Positions 52,891 through 62,063 of a stretch of 64,000 nucleotides of DNA are shown here, piece by piece; the stretch's first letter is position 1, and every line of letters starts with the position of its first letter. The notes under the pieces were generated by a model that was not told where the DNA came from, made no database searches, and was given only the letters and a program-made list of their open reading frames with translations. Origin of the DNA: an uncultured Prevotella sp. (lineage in GTDB: Bacteria; Bacteroidota; Bacteroidia; Bacteroidales; Bacteroidaceae); the NCBI GenBank assembly GCA_937906495.1, contig CALCVT010000140.1, positions 7,664 to 71,663 of the forward strand, written 5' to 3'. A program made the translations under genes and the position numbers.

Positions 52891-53427
52891 ATGAATACAA
52901 AACTGCTTTTAGAGAATTTGAGAAACGTCCCCGACTTTCCCAAGCCCGGCATCCACTTCAAGGATGTCAGCACCCTGTTTAAAAACCCCGAATGCATAGC
53001 CGAAATGCTCGAAGAACTGGTACGCCTTTATCAAGACAAAGGCATCACCAAAATTGTAGGCATCGAAAGCCGCGGCTTTGTAATGGGCGGCATGCTGGCA
53101 GCCCGCCTGGGAGCCGGCTTTGTAATGGCCCGTAAACCGGGCAAACTGCCGGCCGAAACCCGAAAGGCAACCTACCTTAAAGAATATGGCTACGACACCA
53201 TCGAAATTCACACCGATGCAATTACCCCCGACGATGTAGTTCTCATTCACGACGACCTGCTGGCTACCGGAGGTTCGATGCAGGCAGCCTACGACCTGGT
53301 GCAGCACTTCAACCCCCAAAAAACGTACATCAACTTCTTGATTGAACTCCAAATGGAAGGGCTCGAAGGCCGGAAATTCCTGGGCAAGGACCTCGACATT
53401 ACAACCCTACTCACCATTAAAGAATAA
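52891..53427 (+). CDS. apt: Adenine phosphoribosyltransferase
   Basis: 178 aa with FPKPGIHFKDVSTLF and the PRPP-binding motif VVLIHDDLLATGGS. Confidence 0.95.
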   Translation: MNTKLLLENLRNVPDFPKPGIHFKDVSTLFKNPECIAEMLEELVRLYQDKGITKIVGIESRGFVMGGMLAARLGAGFVMARKPGKLPAETRKATYLKEYGYDTIEIHTDAITPDDVVLIHDDLLATGGSMQAAYDLVQHFNPQKTYINFLIELQMEGLEGRKFLGKDLDITTLLTIKE

Positions 53428-53430
53428 CCG

Positions 53431-53457
53431 AACGCCCGGAGCTATCCGGGCGTTTTG
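53431..53457 (+). terminator. Rho-independent terminator of apt
   Basis: AACGCCCGGA-GCTA-TCCGGGCGTT (10 bp), followed by TTGG. Confidence 0.65.
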
Positions 53458-53497
53458 GCTTATAACCTTTGGCCGTTTCAAAACCAACCTCCAACTT

Positions 53498-55324
53498 ATG
53501 CACGCTAATAACGCTACCGAAACCTACCTCAAGGGCATCGTATCGAACCTGCCTGAGATGCCCGGATGCTACCAGTATCTTGACGAAAAGGGCACCATTA
53601 TCTACGTAGGAAAGGCCAAGAACCTGAAGCGCCGCGTTAGCTCTTATTTTAATAAAGAACAGCAAACACGCAAGACCAAACTGCTCGTTTCGCATATACA
53701 CGATATCCGCTACATTGTAGTGAAAACCGAAGAGGATGCACTGCTACTAGAGAACAACCTGATTAAACGCTACAAGCCACACTACAACGTGTTGCTCAAA
53801 GACGACAAAACCTATCCCTCAATCGCCATTTCGCATGAGTACTTGCCGCGCATCTTCAAAACAAGGCTCAGGGGCAAACGCGGAGCTACTTATTTTGGAC
53901 CCTACAGCCATGTTCCAACCATGTATGCCCTACTCGACCTGTGCCGCGACCTCTACCAGCCACGCCCCTGCCATACGGCCATGACCCGCGAAGGTGTTGA
54001 AGAAGGAAAATACGACCTCTGCCTAAACTATCACATCAAACGCTGTAAAGGGCCCTGCACCGGGCGCCAAAGCCACAGCGACTACCTTAAAAACATTGAG
54101 GCCTGCAAGGAAATTCTGAAGGGAAACACAGCCGAGGTGGCACGGCGAATGAAAGACGAAATGATGGCTCTGGCTGAGGAACTGCGCTTTGAAGAAGCAC
54201 AAGAGATTAAACGAAAGTTCGAACTCATCGAAAATTTTCGCGCAAAGAGCGAGGTGGTTTCAGCCGTGCTGCACAATATTGACGTATTCAACATCGAAAG
54301 CGAAGATAAGGTGGCTTACATCAACTACCTGCACGTTACGAACGGATGCATCAACCAGGCTTTTACTTTTGAGTATAAAAAGAAACTGGAAGAGTCGGAC
54401 GAAGAACTCCTCACACTGGGCATCATCGAAATGCGCGAGCGGTACGGCAGTCTGTCTAAAGAGATTGTGGTACCTTTCTACGTAGACATCCCCTCCGAAA
54501 TGGCCACACTGACCATCCCTCAAAAGGGCGATAAAAAGAAACTGCTCGAACTATCAAAACTCAATGTCAAGCAATACCGCTTCGACCGGTTAAAACAAAG
54601 CGACAAACTCAACCCGGAACAAAAGCAAACCCGGCTGATGAAGGAAATTCAACGCGACCTCGGACTACCCAAGCTACCCATGCACATTGAGCTTTTTGAT
54701 AACTCAAACATCAGCGGCGACGATGCCGTTGCCGCATGCGTTGTGTTCGAAAAACTCAAACCGGCTAAAAAAGAATACCGAAAATACCTTATTCGGACCG
54801 TCGCCGGACCCGATGACTATGCTTCGATGAAAGAGGTTGTAAGACGACGCTACACCCGGCTCAGCGAAGAGGGAAAACCACTACCCGACCTGATTATTGC
54901 CGATGGCGGACGCGGCCAAATGGAGGTTATCCGCAAGGTTGTGACCGACGAACTGCATCTCGACATTCCCATTGCCGGACTTGCAAAGGACGACCGCCAC
55001 CGCACACGCGAACTCCTCTACGGTTTTCCTCCCGCTACCGTCAGTTTGCAGCCCGACAGCCAATTATTTAGAACGCTCACCCAAATGCAGGACGAAGTTC
55101 ACCGCTTTGCAATCACCTTTCATCGCGACAAACGATCCAAGCGCCAGACAGCATCGGAACTCGACAATGTTGCAGGCATCGGCCCAGCAACCAAAAAACT
55201 CCTGCTCAACACATACAAGAGCGTCAAACGAATAAAGGAGGCAAGCCTGAACGAACTGCAACAGCTACTCGGAACCGTACGCGGCGAAAAAATCTATCGC
55301 GAGTTGCACCAAGTAACAGAATAA
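53498..55324 (+). CDS. uvrC: Excinuclease ABC subunit C
   Basis: Start chosen at MHANNATETYLKGIVSNLPEMPGCYQYLDEKGTIIYVGKAKNLKRRV (GIY-YIG domain). Also has a UVR domain (MMALAEELRFEEAQEIKRKF) and a C-terminal endonuclease/HhH region. Confidence 0.95.
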   Translation: MHANNATETYLKGIVSNLPEMPGCYQYLDEKGTIIYVGKAKNLKRRVSSYFNKEQQTRKTKLLVSHIHDIRYIVVKTEEDALLLENNLIKRYKPHYNVLLKDDKTYPSIAISHEYLPRIFKTRLRGKRGATYFGPYSHVPTMYALLDLCRDLYQPRPCHTAMTREGVEEGKYDLCLNYHIKRCKGPCTGRQSHSDYLKNIEACKEILKGNTAEVARRMKDEMMALAEELRFEEAQEIKRKFELIENFRAKSEVVSAVLHNIDVFNIESEDKVAYINYLHVTNGCINQAFTFEYKKKLEESDEELLTLGIIEMRERYGSLSKEIVVPFYVDIPSEMATLTIPQKGDKKKLLELSKLNVKQYRFDRLKQSDKLNPEQKQTRLMKEIQRDLGLPKLPMHIELFDNSNISGDDAVAACVVFEKLKPAKKEYRKYLIRTVAGPDDYASMKEVVRRRYTRLSEEGKPLPDLIIADGGRGQMEVIRKVVTDELHLDIPIAGLAKDDRHRTRELLYGFPPATVSLQPDSQLFRTLTQMQDEVHRFAITFHRDKRSKRQTASELDNVAGIGPATKKLLLNTYKSVKRIKEASLNELQQLLGTVRGEKIYRELHQVTE

Positions 55325-55343
55325 ATCGTACTTTTGCCAATCT

Positions 55344-55796
55344 ATGAGAGCAGTTATCCAACGCGTAAAGCAGGCCTCAGTAAGCATTGCAGGCCATACC
55401 AAATCAGCCATCGAACAAGGCTACCTCATCTTGCTGGGCATTGAAGAAGCCGACAGCAACGAAGATGCCGAATGGCTCTGTCATAAAATAGCAAATCTCC
55501 GCATTTTCGACGATGAAAACGGAGTCATGAACCGGAGTATACTCGACACCGGATACGACGCCCTGGTGGTGAGTCAGTTCACCTTGATGGCCTCGTATAA
55601 AAAGGGCAACCGCCCCTCGTACATCCGCGCAGCCGGACACGGACACGCTGTGCCACTCTACAAATACTTTTGCCAAACACTGTCCGAAAACATCGGCAAA
55701 CCCGTTGGCACTGGAGAATTTGGCGCAGACATGCAAGTAGCACTCATTAACGATGGACCGGTTACCATCTGCATGGACACTAAAAACAAAGAATGA
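55344..55796 (+). CDS. dtd: D-aminoacyl-tRNA deacylase
   Basis: 150 aa with MRAVIQRV at the N-terminus and SQFTL..., a near-consensus Dtd sequence. Confidence 0.95.
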   Translation: MRAVIQRVKQASVSIAGHTKSAIEQGYLILLGIEEADSNEDAEWLCHKIANLRIFDDENGVMNRSILDTGYDALVVSQFTLMASYKKGNRPSYIRAAGHGHAVPLYKYFCQTLSENIGKPVGTGEFGADMQVALINDGPVTICMDTKNKE

Positions 55797-56119
55797 CACT
55801 CGACGAAGCTCAAAGCTTGGTTGACAACTGGATACGTACCTACGGCGTACGCTATTTCAGCGAACTCACCAACATGGCATGCCTAACCGAAGAAGTAGGC
55901 GAACTTGCACGCGTAATAGCCCGAAAATATGGCGAACAGTCTTTCAAAAAGGGCGAAAACACCGACCCCTCCGAAGAGATGGCCGATGTACTTTGGGTGC
56001 TCATCTGCCTGGCTAACCAAACAGGCGTAAACTTGACCGAAGCCTTGCAGAAAAGCATCGATAAAAAGACACAACGCGATGCCACACGACACTTGGAAAA
56101 CCCCAAGCTACATGCCTGA
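55793..56119 (+). CDS. MazG-like nucleotide pyrophosphohydrolase
   Basis: 108 aa. EEVGELAR ... EEMADVLWVLICLAN shows the EExxE / ExxD MazG helix motifs. It has an ATGA overlap with dtd. Confidence 0.85.
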   Translation: MTLDEAQSLVDNWIRTYGVRYFSELTNMACLTEEVGELARVIARKYGEQSFKKGENTDPSEEMADVLWVLICLANQTGVNLTEALQKSIDKKTQRDATRHLENPKLHA

Positions 56120-56143
56120 ATACCCACTTAACACTTTACAAAT

Positions 56144-57079
56144 ATGACTACTGACAACCATTGCCACTGTAACCACGACGAGGCTGCCAATCAACAGCAC
56201 TCGCGCTGCGAACAAGCGTTTGCCAAATACAACCTTCACCTTCACGATGAACAGGTAAGTAACGAAGTTCACCAACTCGTAGCAAAGAATAAGGCCAAAT
56301 ACCAAACCCCTGAAGTGAAGCGCCAATTGCTCGGAACTGTTGAACTGACCACCCTTAAAGTTACCGACTCGGCCGAAAGTGTACTGCAGTTTACCGAAAA
56401 TGTGAACCGCTTTGCCAACGAGCACCCCGACCTTCCGCACTTGGCAACCATCTGTGTATATCCAAACTTTGCCAAAATCGTAAGCCAATCGCTCGAGGCC
56501 GACAACGTAGAGGTAGCCTGTGTGGCCGGAGGTTTCCCTTCTTCGCAAACTTTTATCGAAATTAAAACAGCCGAAACTGCGTTGGCTGTACACGATGGAG
56601 CTACCGAGATTGACTGTGTGCTGAGCGTAGGTACTTTCTTAAGCGGCGACTACGAAACTTGTGCCGATGAAATCGAAGAAATTAAGGCTGCTACCGGCGG
56701 AAAACCGCTCAAGGTAATTCTGGAAACCGGTGCCTTGCAAACTGCCGAGAATATCAAGAAAGCATCTATTCTGTCGATGTATGCCGGTGCTGATTTTATC
56801 AAAACATCTACGGGTAAAATAGAACCTGCTGCCACGCTCGAAGCTGCTTACGTGATGTGTTCGGCTATCAAAGAGTATCAGGAACTTACGGGCATCAGCA
56901 TTGGCTTTAAAGCTGCTGGCGGCATCAAAACTGTAGACGAGGCAATTGAGTTCTACACTGTTGTTCGCGAACTTTTGGGCGAGGAATACATCCAGAAAGG
57001 TCTCTTCCGCATCGGAACGAGCCGCCTTGCCAACCTGTTGGTAAGCGACATTTTGGGCGAAGAGGTTAAACCCTTCTAA
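56144..57079 (+). CDS. deoC: Deoxyribose-phosphate aldolase (long form)
   Basis: 311 aa with the Schiff-base lysine context DFIKTSTGK and a preceding (LKVILETG) barrel pattern. Confidence 0.9.
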   Translation: MTTDNHCHCNHDEAANQQHSRCEQAFAKYNLHLHDEQVSNEVHQLVAKNKAKYQTPEVKRQLLGTVELTTLKVTDSAESVLQFTENVNRFANEHPDLPHLATICVYPNFAKIVSQSLEADNVEVACVAGGFPSSQTFIEIKTAETALAVHDGATEIDCVLSVGTFLSGDYETCADEIEEIKAATGGKPLKVILETGALQTAENIKKASILSMYAGADFIKTSTGKIEPAATLEAAYVMCSAIKEYQELTGISIGFKAAGGIKTVDEAIEFYTVVRELLGEEYIQKGLFRIGTSRLANLLVSDILGEEVKPF

Positions 57080-57350
57080 GCCTCCGGTCGCCCTGATTTA
57101 AAAGTATGGTAAATGGATGTCCGCCGCCATTCGGCAAAAATCAATCCATAATTTAGCTTCAAACCTACCCCGCCATTTTAAACTAAAAACAATTGGCCAA
57201 CTAAAGAGAAGCAAGAAAACGGACATTTTTAGCATTTGCTGATTTTAGAGCATTGCTTGAAGTTTACCAGGCATAAACACTGCCGCACTTGCGCAAGGGC
57301 TATAGAGCAATCACTTGCTTTTAGCCCCTAAAAATACTACCTTTGTATTA

Positions 57351-57416
57351 CTAAAATAACGGAGAACGAAAATCTTATCAATGGGCTGGTTTGCTAATTG
57401 CAAGCCAGCCTTTTTT
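57351..57416 (+). ncRNA. Candidate ~65-nt sRNA (promoter box plus intrinsic terminator module)
   Basis: The -7 box TACCTTTG at 57338-57345 is followed ~38 nt later by an 11-bp hairpin GGCTGGTTTGC-TAATT-GCAAGCCAGCC (57384-57410) and TTTTTT (57411-57416). It lies in a 765-bp convergent spacer with no credible ORF. Confidence 0.3.
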
Positions 57417-57479
57417 GTATATATCCGAACACTTCCAAGCAGGCTGCCAGGCAATTTTTAAAAAGCAAATCCTCATTTT

Positions 57480-57584
57480 TGCACGCACCGATAACCCAAT
57501 CCAACGCTCCGATAGAATTTTCAAACGCTCCGATGGAATTTTCAAACGCTCCGATGGAAAATCCCAACACTCCGTTTCAAAAAA
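57480..57584. repeat. Five phased 21-nt tandem repeats (core ACGC[T/A]CCGAT[A/G])
   Basis: The units are tgcACGCACCGATAacccaat / ccaACGCTCCGATAgaatttt / caaACGCTCCGATGgaatttt / caaACGCTCCGATGgaaaatc / ccaACACTCCGTTTcaaaaaa. The outer units are degenerate. Confidence 0.8.
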
Positions 57585-57720
57585 TCAATAGGAGTCAGTG
57601 TATTTTTGAGAACTGATATACAAAGATTTATTATACATACTAAATTAAAAGAACCTACACAAACTCACTACTTTTAAGGCTAAAGAGTATACAAACAAAG
57701 AATTAAGTTTATTTATGGAA

Positions 57721-57753
57721 TAAGAAAAACGATGCTTCGGTCGAAGCATCGTT
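57721..57753 (-). terminator. Rho-independent terminator of the polyprenyl synthetase gene
   Basis: AACGATGCTTCG / CGAAGCATCGTT near-perfect hairpin, followed on the minus strand by TTTTTCTTA, about 90 nt after the stop. Confidence 0.65.
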
Positions 57754-57844
57754 TAATAATGAGGTATTACCCAAACTATAGTATACTCTCCTACAATCTA
57801 GGTTATGCTTTGAGTAGTTCTTGCAAACTATACCATCATTTGAA

Positions 57845-58834
57845 CTACAAATTTCGATTAACTACAAAATCAATATAGCCCTTCAGAGCCTGTTTTACTT
57901 CAAGATTATTCCAGTATTCGAGCAAGTTTATGGCTTCATCTTGCAAAGCCTTCATCTTTTTCTCAGCATAAGTTATGCCTCCTGCCTCTTTGGTATAGGC
58001 TACTAATTTTTCGATTTCATCGGTTGTAGCTTCGCCGCTCTTTACATGTTTTGCCCAAAGGCGCACCTCTTCGCTGTCGGTATGCGTTACGGCATAAATG
58101 GCAGGCAATGTGAGTTTTCCTTCCATCATGTCGTTATAAGTAGGCTTACCTATAGCGCTTTCAGCATAGTAATCGAAGATATCATCGCGTATTTGAAAGC
58201 AAATACCAACGATTTCACCGAGTTTTCGGGCACGCTGCACATATTCGTCCGAACCTCCTGCCGATATAGCCCCCAGTTCGGCACATGCCGCAAAAAGGGC
58301 AGCAGTTTTATGGTGTATGATATTAAAATACGCCTCCTCTGAAATGGTTTCTTTGCGGATATTAGCCAACTGGTAAATCTCGCCCTCAGAAAGTATACCT
58401 CCCAAACGCGAAATAATCTCAACGATTCGGTTATTACCGGTCAATGCCGCCTGAAGCAGAGAGATTGAAAGCAGATAATCGCCTACCAGTACTGCAACCT
58501 TATTATCGAACACAGCATTGACAGACTGCTGTCCACGCCTTTCACCACTTTCGTCAACAACATCATCATGCACTAACGATGCAGTGTGCAAAAGTTCCAG
58601 GGTAACGGCAGAACGCAAAGAATTTATAGGAATCCGTCCCAATTCCTTAGCCATAAGCAACACAAGCAAGGGGCGCATCATTTTACCTTCACGCTGACGC
58701 ACGTAGCCCAGGGCCTGGCCCAGCAAATCGTCTTTGTGGGTCAAAGCCTTCTGAAATAATTCTTTATATTCAATCAGCTCCTGCGATACGGGCTGACGCA
58801 AAGTGGAGAGTTTGTCCATAACATCAGGTTTCAA
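57845..58834 (-). CDS. Polyprenyl diphosphate synthase (trans-isoprenyl, IspB-like)
   Basis: 329 aa with the first Asp-rich motif LVHDDVVDES and the second FQIRDDIFD. Confidence 0.9.
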   Translation of the reverse strand: MKPDVMDKLSTLRQPVSQELIEYKELFQKALTHKDDLLGQALGYVRQREGKMMRPLLVLLMAKELGRIPINSLRSAVTLELLHTASLVHDDVVDESGERRGQQSVNAVFDNKVAVLVGDYLLSISLLQAALTGNNRIVEIISRLGGILSEGEIYQLANIRKETISEEAYFNIIHHKTAALFAACAELGAISAGGSDEYVQRARKLGEIVGICFQIRDDIFDYYAESAIGKPTYNDMMEGKLTLPAIYAVTHTDSEEVRLWAKHVKSGEATTDEIEKLVAYTKEAGGITYAEKKMKALQDEAINLLEYWNNLEVKQALKGYIDFVVNRNL

Positions 58835-58838
58835 CTTA

Positions 58839-58886
58839 CAAAAATACGAATAAATCGGCTAGTTACGAGATTATTCCGTATTTTTG
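58839..58886. promoter_or_regulatory. Back-to-back divergent -7 boxes (ispB-like / polA)
   Basis: The minus strand reads TATTTTTG at 58846-58839, only 5 nt from the annotated ATG at 58834. The plus strand reads TATTTTTG at 58879-58886. Confidence 0.35.
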
Positions 58887-59030
58887 TGTCGTTCGAGGTC
58901 TAAAATGCCTCTTAAAATCCCCAAGAATCAACTTCGGGCAGCGCTTGTAGCAGCTTTGGATTGTCAACAATGCCTTTCCAGCATATATTCAGCCTATGAT
59001 ACACAGCCTCCCTCCACTTGCATACGATTT

Positions 59031-61799
59031 ATGAAAACCCTCTATCTTCTCGACGCCTACGCGCTCATTTATCGGGCCTACTACGCACTTATACGCTCGC
59101 CACGCATCAACTCAAAAGGCCAGAATACATCGGCTGCCTTTGGTTTTGTCAATACGCTCGAGGATGTGCTCCGAAGCGAAAAGCCCGATTTCATCGGCAT
59201 TGCCTTCGACCCCAAAGGCGGAACCTTCCGTCACGAAGTTTATCCCGAATACAAGGCACAACGCGAATCGACGCCCGAAGACATCAGCTGGGCAGTACCG
59301 GTTATTAAACGCATTATCGAAGCCTACCGCATACCTATTCTTGAAATTCCTGGCTTTGAAGCTGATGATGTAATCGGCACATTGGCCCTAAAAGGTGCTG
59401 AAGCCGGACTCGAAGTACACATGGTTACGCCCGACAAAGACTACGCACAACTTGTAAGGCCGGGCATTTATATGCGAAAGCCGGGACATGGAGCAGGAGG
59501 CATGGAAAAAATGGGTGAAGCCGAGGTTTGCCAGAAATATGGTATTGAATCGACCAACCAGGTTATCGACCTGCTTGGCCTGATGGGCGATACGGCCGAC
59601 AATGTGCCGGGATGTCCGGGTGTTGGCGAAAAGACTGCTGTTAAACTCATCGGTCAGTTTGGCAGCATCGACAACCTGCTGGCAAATACCGACCAGTTAA
59701 AAGGAGCCATGAAGCGCAAAGTGGAGGACAACAGAAAACAAATTGAGTTTTCGAAGTTTTTGGTAACTATTAAAACGGATGTGCCCGTCGAACTTGAACT
59801 CGACAAACTTAAACTGACCGAACCCAACACTGAAGCCCTCCGCGAAATTTACGAAGATCTTGAGTTCCGAAGCTTCATCAAGAAGATTGAGGCAGGAAAT
59901 GCACAAACAACAAAAAATGACACAGAATGGGGCAGTCTCTTTGCATCACAGACGGACGACTTGTCGAGCGGCGTAAAAGAAAGCAATTATAAAACGCTTG
60001 CCGACGTGCCACACGAGTATGTTTTGATTGATAATGAGGAGAAAGCAAAAGAACTCTGTGAGCATTTATTGACATTTGAAAAATTCAGTTTAGACACAGA
60101 AACTACCTCAATCGACGCAATTAGCGCACAACTGGTAGGTTTAAGCTTTTCGACAGGTAAAGGCCGTGCCTGGTACGTAGCCATTCCCCGCGAGGCCGAA
60201 GCTGCACGCCGCATGGTCGAGTTGTTCAGGCCCGCCTACGAGCACCCCGGCATTATCAAGGTAGGACAAAACCTAAAATACGACCTCACGGTGCTCGCCT
60301 CGTACGGCATTCAGCTCTGCGCCCCTATGTTCGACACCATGCTGGCCCACTATCTGGTACAACCCGAGTTGCGACACAACATGGATTACCTGGCCGAAAT
60401 ATACCTGAATTACCAAACCATACACATTGAAGAGTTAATCGGTCCTAAAGGTAAGAAACAGCGCAACATGGCCGACCTCGAACCTGCTGCCATTTGCGAC
60501 TACGCCTGCGAAGATGCCGACATCACCCTGCAACTGATGCAACCCCTCGAGGCTGAATTAGCAGCCAGCGAACTGACTACGGTGTTCGACCAAATCGAGA
60601 TGCCCCTCATGCCCGTACTGGCCAAAATGGAACGTAACGGTGTGCGCATCGATACCGAAGCCCTGGCCGAAACCGGACGCCACTTTACGCAACGCATGGA
60701 ACAACTCGAAACCGAGATTTACGAATTGGCTGGGCACAGTTTCAGCATCTCCTCGCCTAAACAAGTAGGCGAAGTGCTCTTTGACGAACTCAAACTCAAC
60801 GAAAAAGCCAAAAAGACCAAAAGCGGACAATACTCCACTGGCGAAGAAGTGCTCGAGGCACTCAAGCCCAAACACCCCATTGTAGGCAAAATTCTGGCGC
60901 ACCGCGCACTCAAAAAGCTCATCAGCACCTATATCGAAGCACTGCCCAAACTCATCAACCCCGCCACGGGCCACATTCACACCTCGTTCAACCAGGCAGT
61001 TACGGCAACCGGGCGCCTTTCGTCGTCGAACCCCAACTTGCAGAACATCCCTGTGCGTGGTGACGATGGCCGCGAAATACGTAAGGCCTTTGTTGGCGAA
61101 GAAGGATGCCTCTTCTTTTCGGCCGACTACTCGCAAATTGAGCTACGACTCATGGCTCACCTTAGCCAGGACGAACATTTGATGCAGGACTTCCGCGATG
61201 GGCGCGACATTCATGCTGCCACTGCAGCGCGCATCTTTCACAAACCGCTTGATGAGGTGACACGCGACGAGCGCCGCAAAGCCAAAACTGCCAATTTCGG
61301 CATTATTTACGGAATTTCGGCCTTTGGACTGGCCGAACGCATGGAAGTGTCGCGCAGCGAGGCTAAAGAACTGATTGACAACTACTTCAGCACCTATCCA
61401 AGAGTCAAAACCTACATGGCCGAGTGCGTAGAAAATGCCCGCGAAAGGGGCTATATAGTTACTGAACTGAAGCGCCGGCGCTATCTGCCCGACATCACCT
61501 CAAAAAATGCCGTTGTACGTGGCTATGCCGAACGGAATGCTGTTAATGCTCCCATACAAGGTACTGCTGCTGACATTATCAAAATTGCCATGATACGCAT
61601 CAGCGACCGATTTGAGCGCGAAAACATCCGCTCAAAAATGATTCTGCAGGTTCACGACGAACTTAACTTTTCGGTTCTGCCTGAGGAGCAAGACAAGGTT
61701 AAGCAAATTGTACTCGAAGAGATGGAACAAGCCTTTAGCATGCGCGTTCCGCTCATTGCCGACTACGGCATTGGAACCAACTGGCTCGAAGCCCACTAA
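59031..61799 (+). CDS. polA: DNA polymerase I
   Basis: Start chosen at MKTLYLLDAYALIYRAYYAL (5'-3' exonuclease domain). Also has a 3'-5' exo-like domain and the pol motifs DYSQIELRL, RRKAKTANFGIIYG and QVHDEL. An in-frame upstream Met at 58905 would add 42 aa. Confidence 0.95.
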   Translation: MKTLYLLDAYALIYRAYYALIRSPRINSKGQNTSAAFGFVNTLEDVLRSEKPDFIGIAFDPKGGTFRHEVYPEYKAQRESTPEDISWAVPVIKRIIEAYRIPILEIPGFEADDVIGTLALKGAEAGLEVHMVTPDKDYAQLVRPGIYMRKPGHGAGGMEKMGEAEVCQKYGIESTNQVIDLLGLMGDTADNVPGCPGVGEKTAVKLIGQFGSIDNLLANTDQLKGAMKRKVEDNRKQIEFSKFLVTIKTDVPVELELDKLKLTEPNTEALREIYEDLEFRSFIKKIEAGNAQTTKNDTEWGSLFASQTDDLSSGVKESNYKTLADVPHEYVLIDNEEKAKELCEHLLTFEKFSLDTETTSIDAISAQLVGLSFSTGKGRAWYVAIPREAEAARRMVELFRPAYEHPGIIKVGQNLKYDLTVLASYGIQLCAPMFDTMLAHYLVQPELRHNMDYLAEIYLNYQTIHIEELIGPKGKKQRNMADLEPAAICDYACEDADITLQLMQPLEAELAASELTTVFDQIEMPLMPVLAKMERNGVRIDTEALAETGRHFTQRMEQLETEIYELAGHSFSISSPKQVGEVLFDELKLNEKAKKTKSGQYSTGEEVLEALKPKHPIVGKILAHRALKKLISTYIEALPKLINPATGHIHTSFNQAVTATGRLSSSNPNLQNIPVRGDDGREIRKAFVGEEGCLFFSADYSQIELRLMAHLSQDEHLMQDFRDGRDIHAATAARIFHKPLDEVTRDERRKAKTANFGIIYGISAFGLAERMEVSRSEAKELIDNYFSTYPRVKTYMAECVENARERGYIVTELKRRRYLPDITSKNAVVRGYAERNAVNAPIQGTAADIIKIAMIRISDRFERENIRSKMILQVHDELNFSVLPEEQDKVKQIVLEEMEQAFSMRVPLIADYGIGTNWLEAH

Positions 61800-61813
61800 C
61801 TACCCTACTATCC

Positions 61814-61849
61814 CCCCCCGGTGCCCGATTTACCAGAGGCACCGGGGGG
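61814..61849 (+). terminator. GC-rich hairpin terminator of polA
   Basis: CCCCCCGGTGCC-loop-GGCACCGGGGGG (12 bp), 15 nt after the stop. It is followed by ATGGCTTTTAT. Confidence 0.55.
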
Positions 61850-62063
61850 ATGGCTTTTATCAAAAAAACAAGAAAGACTCTGCCACAACCCACAAGGCTG
61901 CCGGCAATGCACTCTATACACCCTGCTGGCGCAGCACCGCATCTACCAAAGTCAGGCCGAAACAAGCGCCTGTAAAGCCCCCTGCATACAACACTTTGAA
62001 GCAAAAGAAAGTTTTCGGTGAAAGAAAATTTGTAACTTTGCATCCTGAAAACCATCACGCACA

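Noticed and set aside
56144-56360. An N-terminal ~70-aa extension of DeoC with a Cys/His cluster (DNHCHCNHDE) as a possible novel metal-binding domain.
   Set aside because: Long-form (~310 aa) deoxyribose-phosphate aldolases are an established subclass. A short Cys/His run at the extreme N-terminus, without conserved spacing evidence, is too weak to report as a feature.
57480-57584. The tandem 21-nt repeats considered as a CRISPR array or minisatellite of a mobile element.
   Set aside because: The units are directly abutting with no spacers. There are no cas genes and no terminal inverted repeats, target-site duplications or transposase genes nearby.
57391-57616. Two overlapping plus-strand ORFs (66 and 72 aa) whose translations contain NAPIEFSNAPMEFSNAPME-type heptad repeats.
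   Set aside because: The peptide repeat is just the 21-nt DNA repeat read in frame. Both ORFs start within the terminator stem of the candidate sRNA and lack any promoter. The DNA or RNA-level repeat is the more economical explanation.
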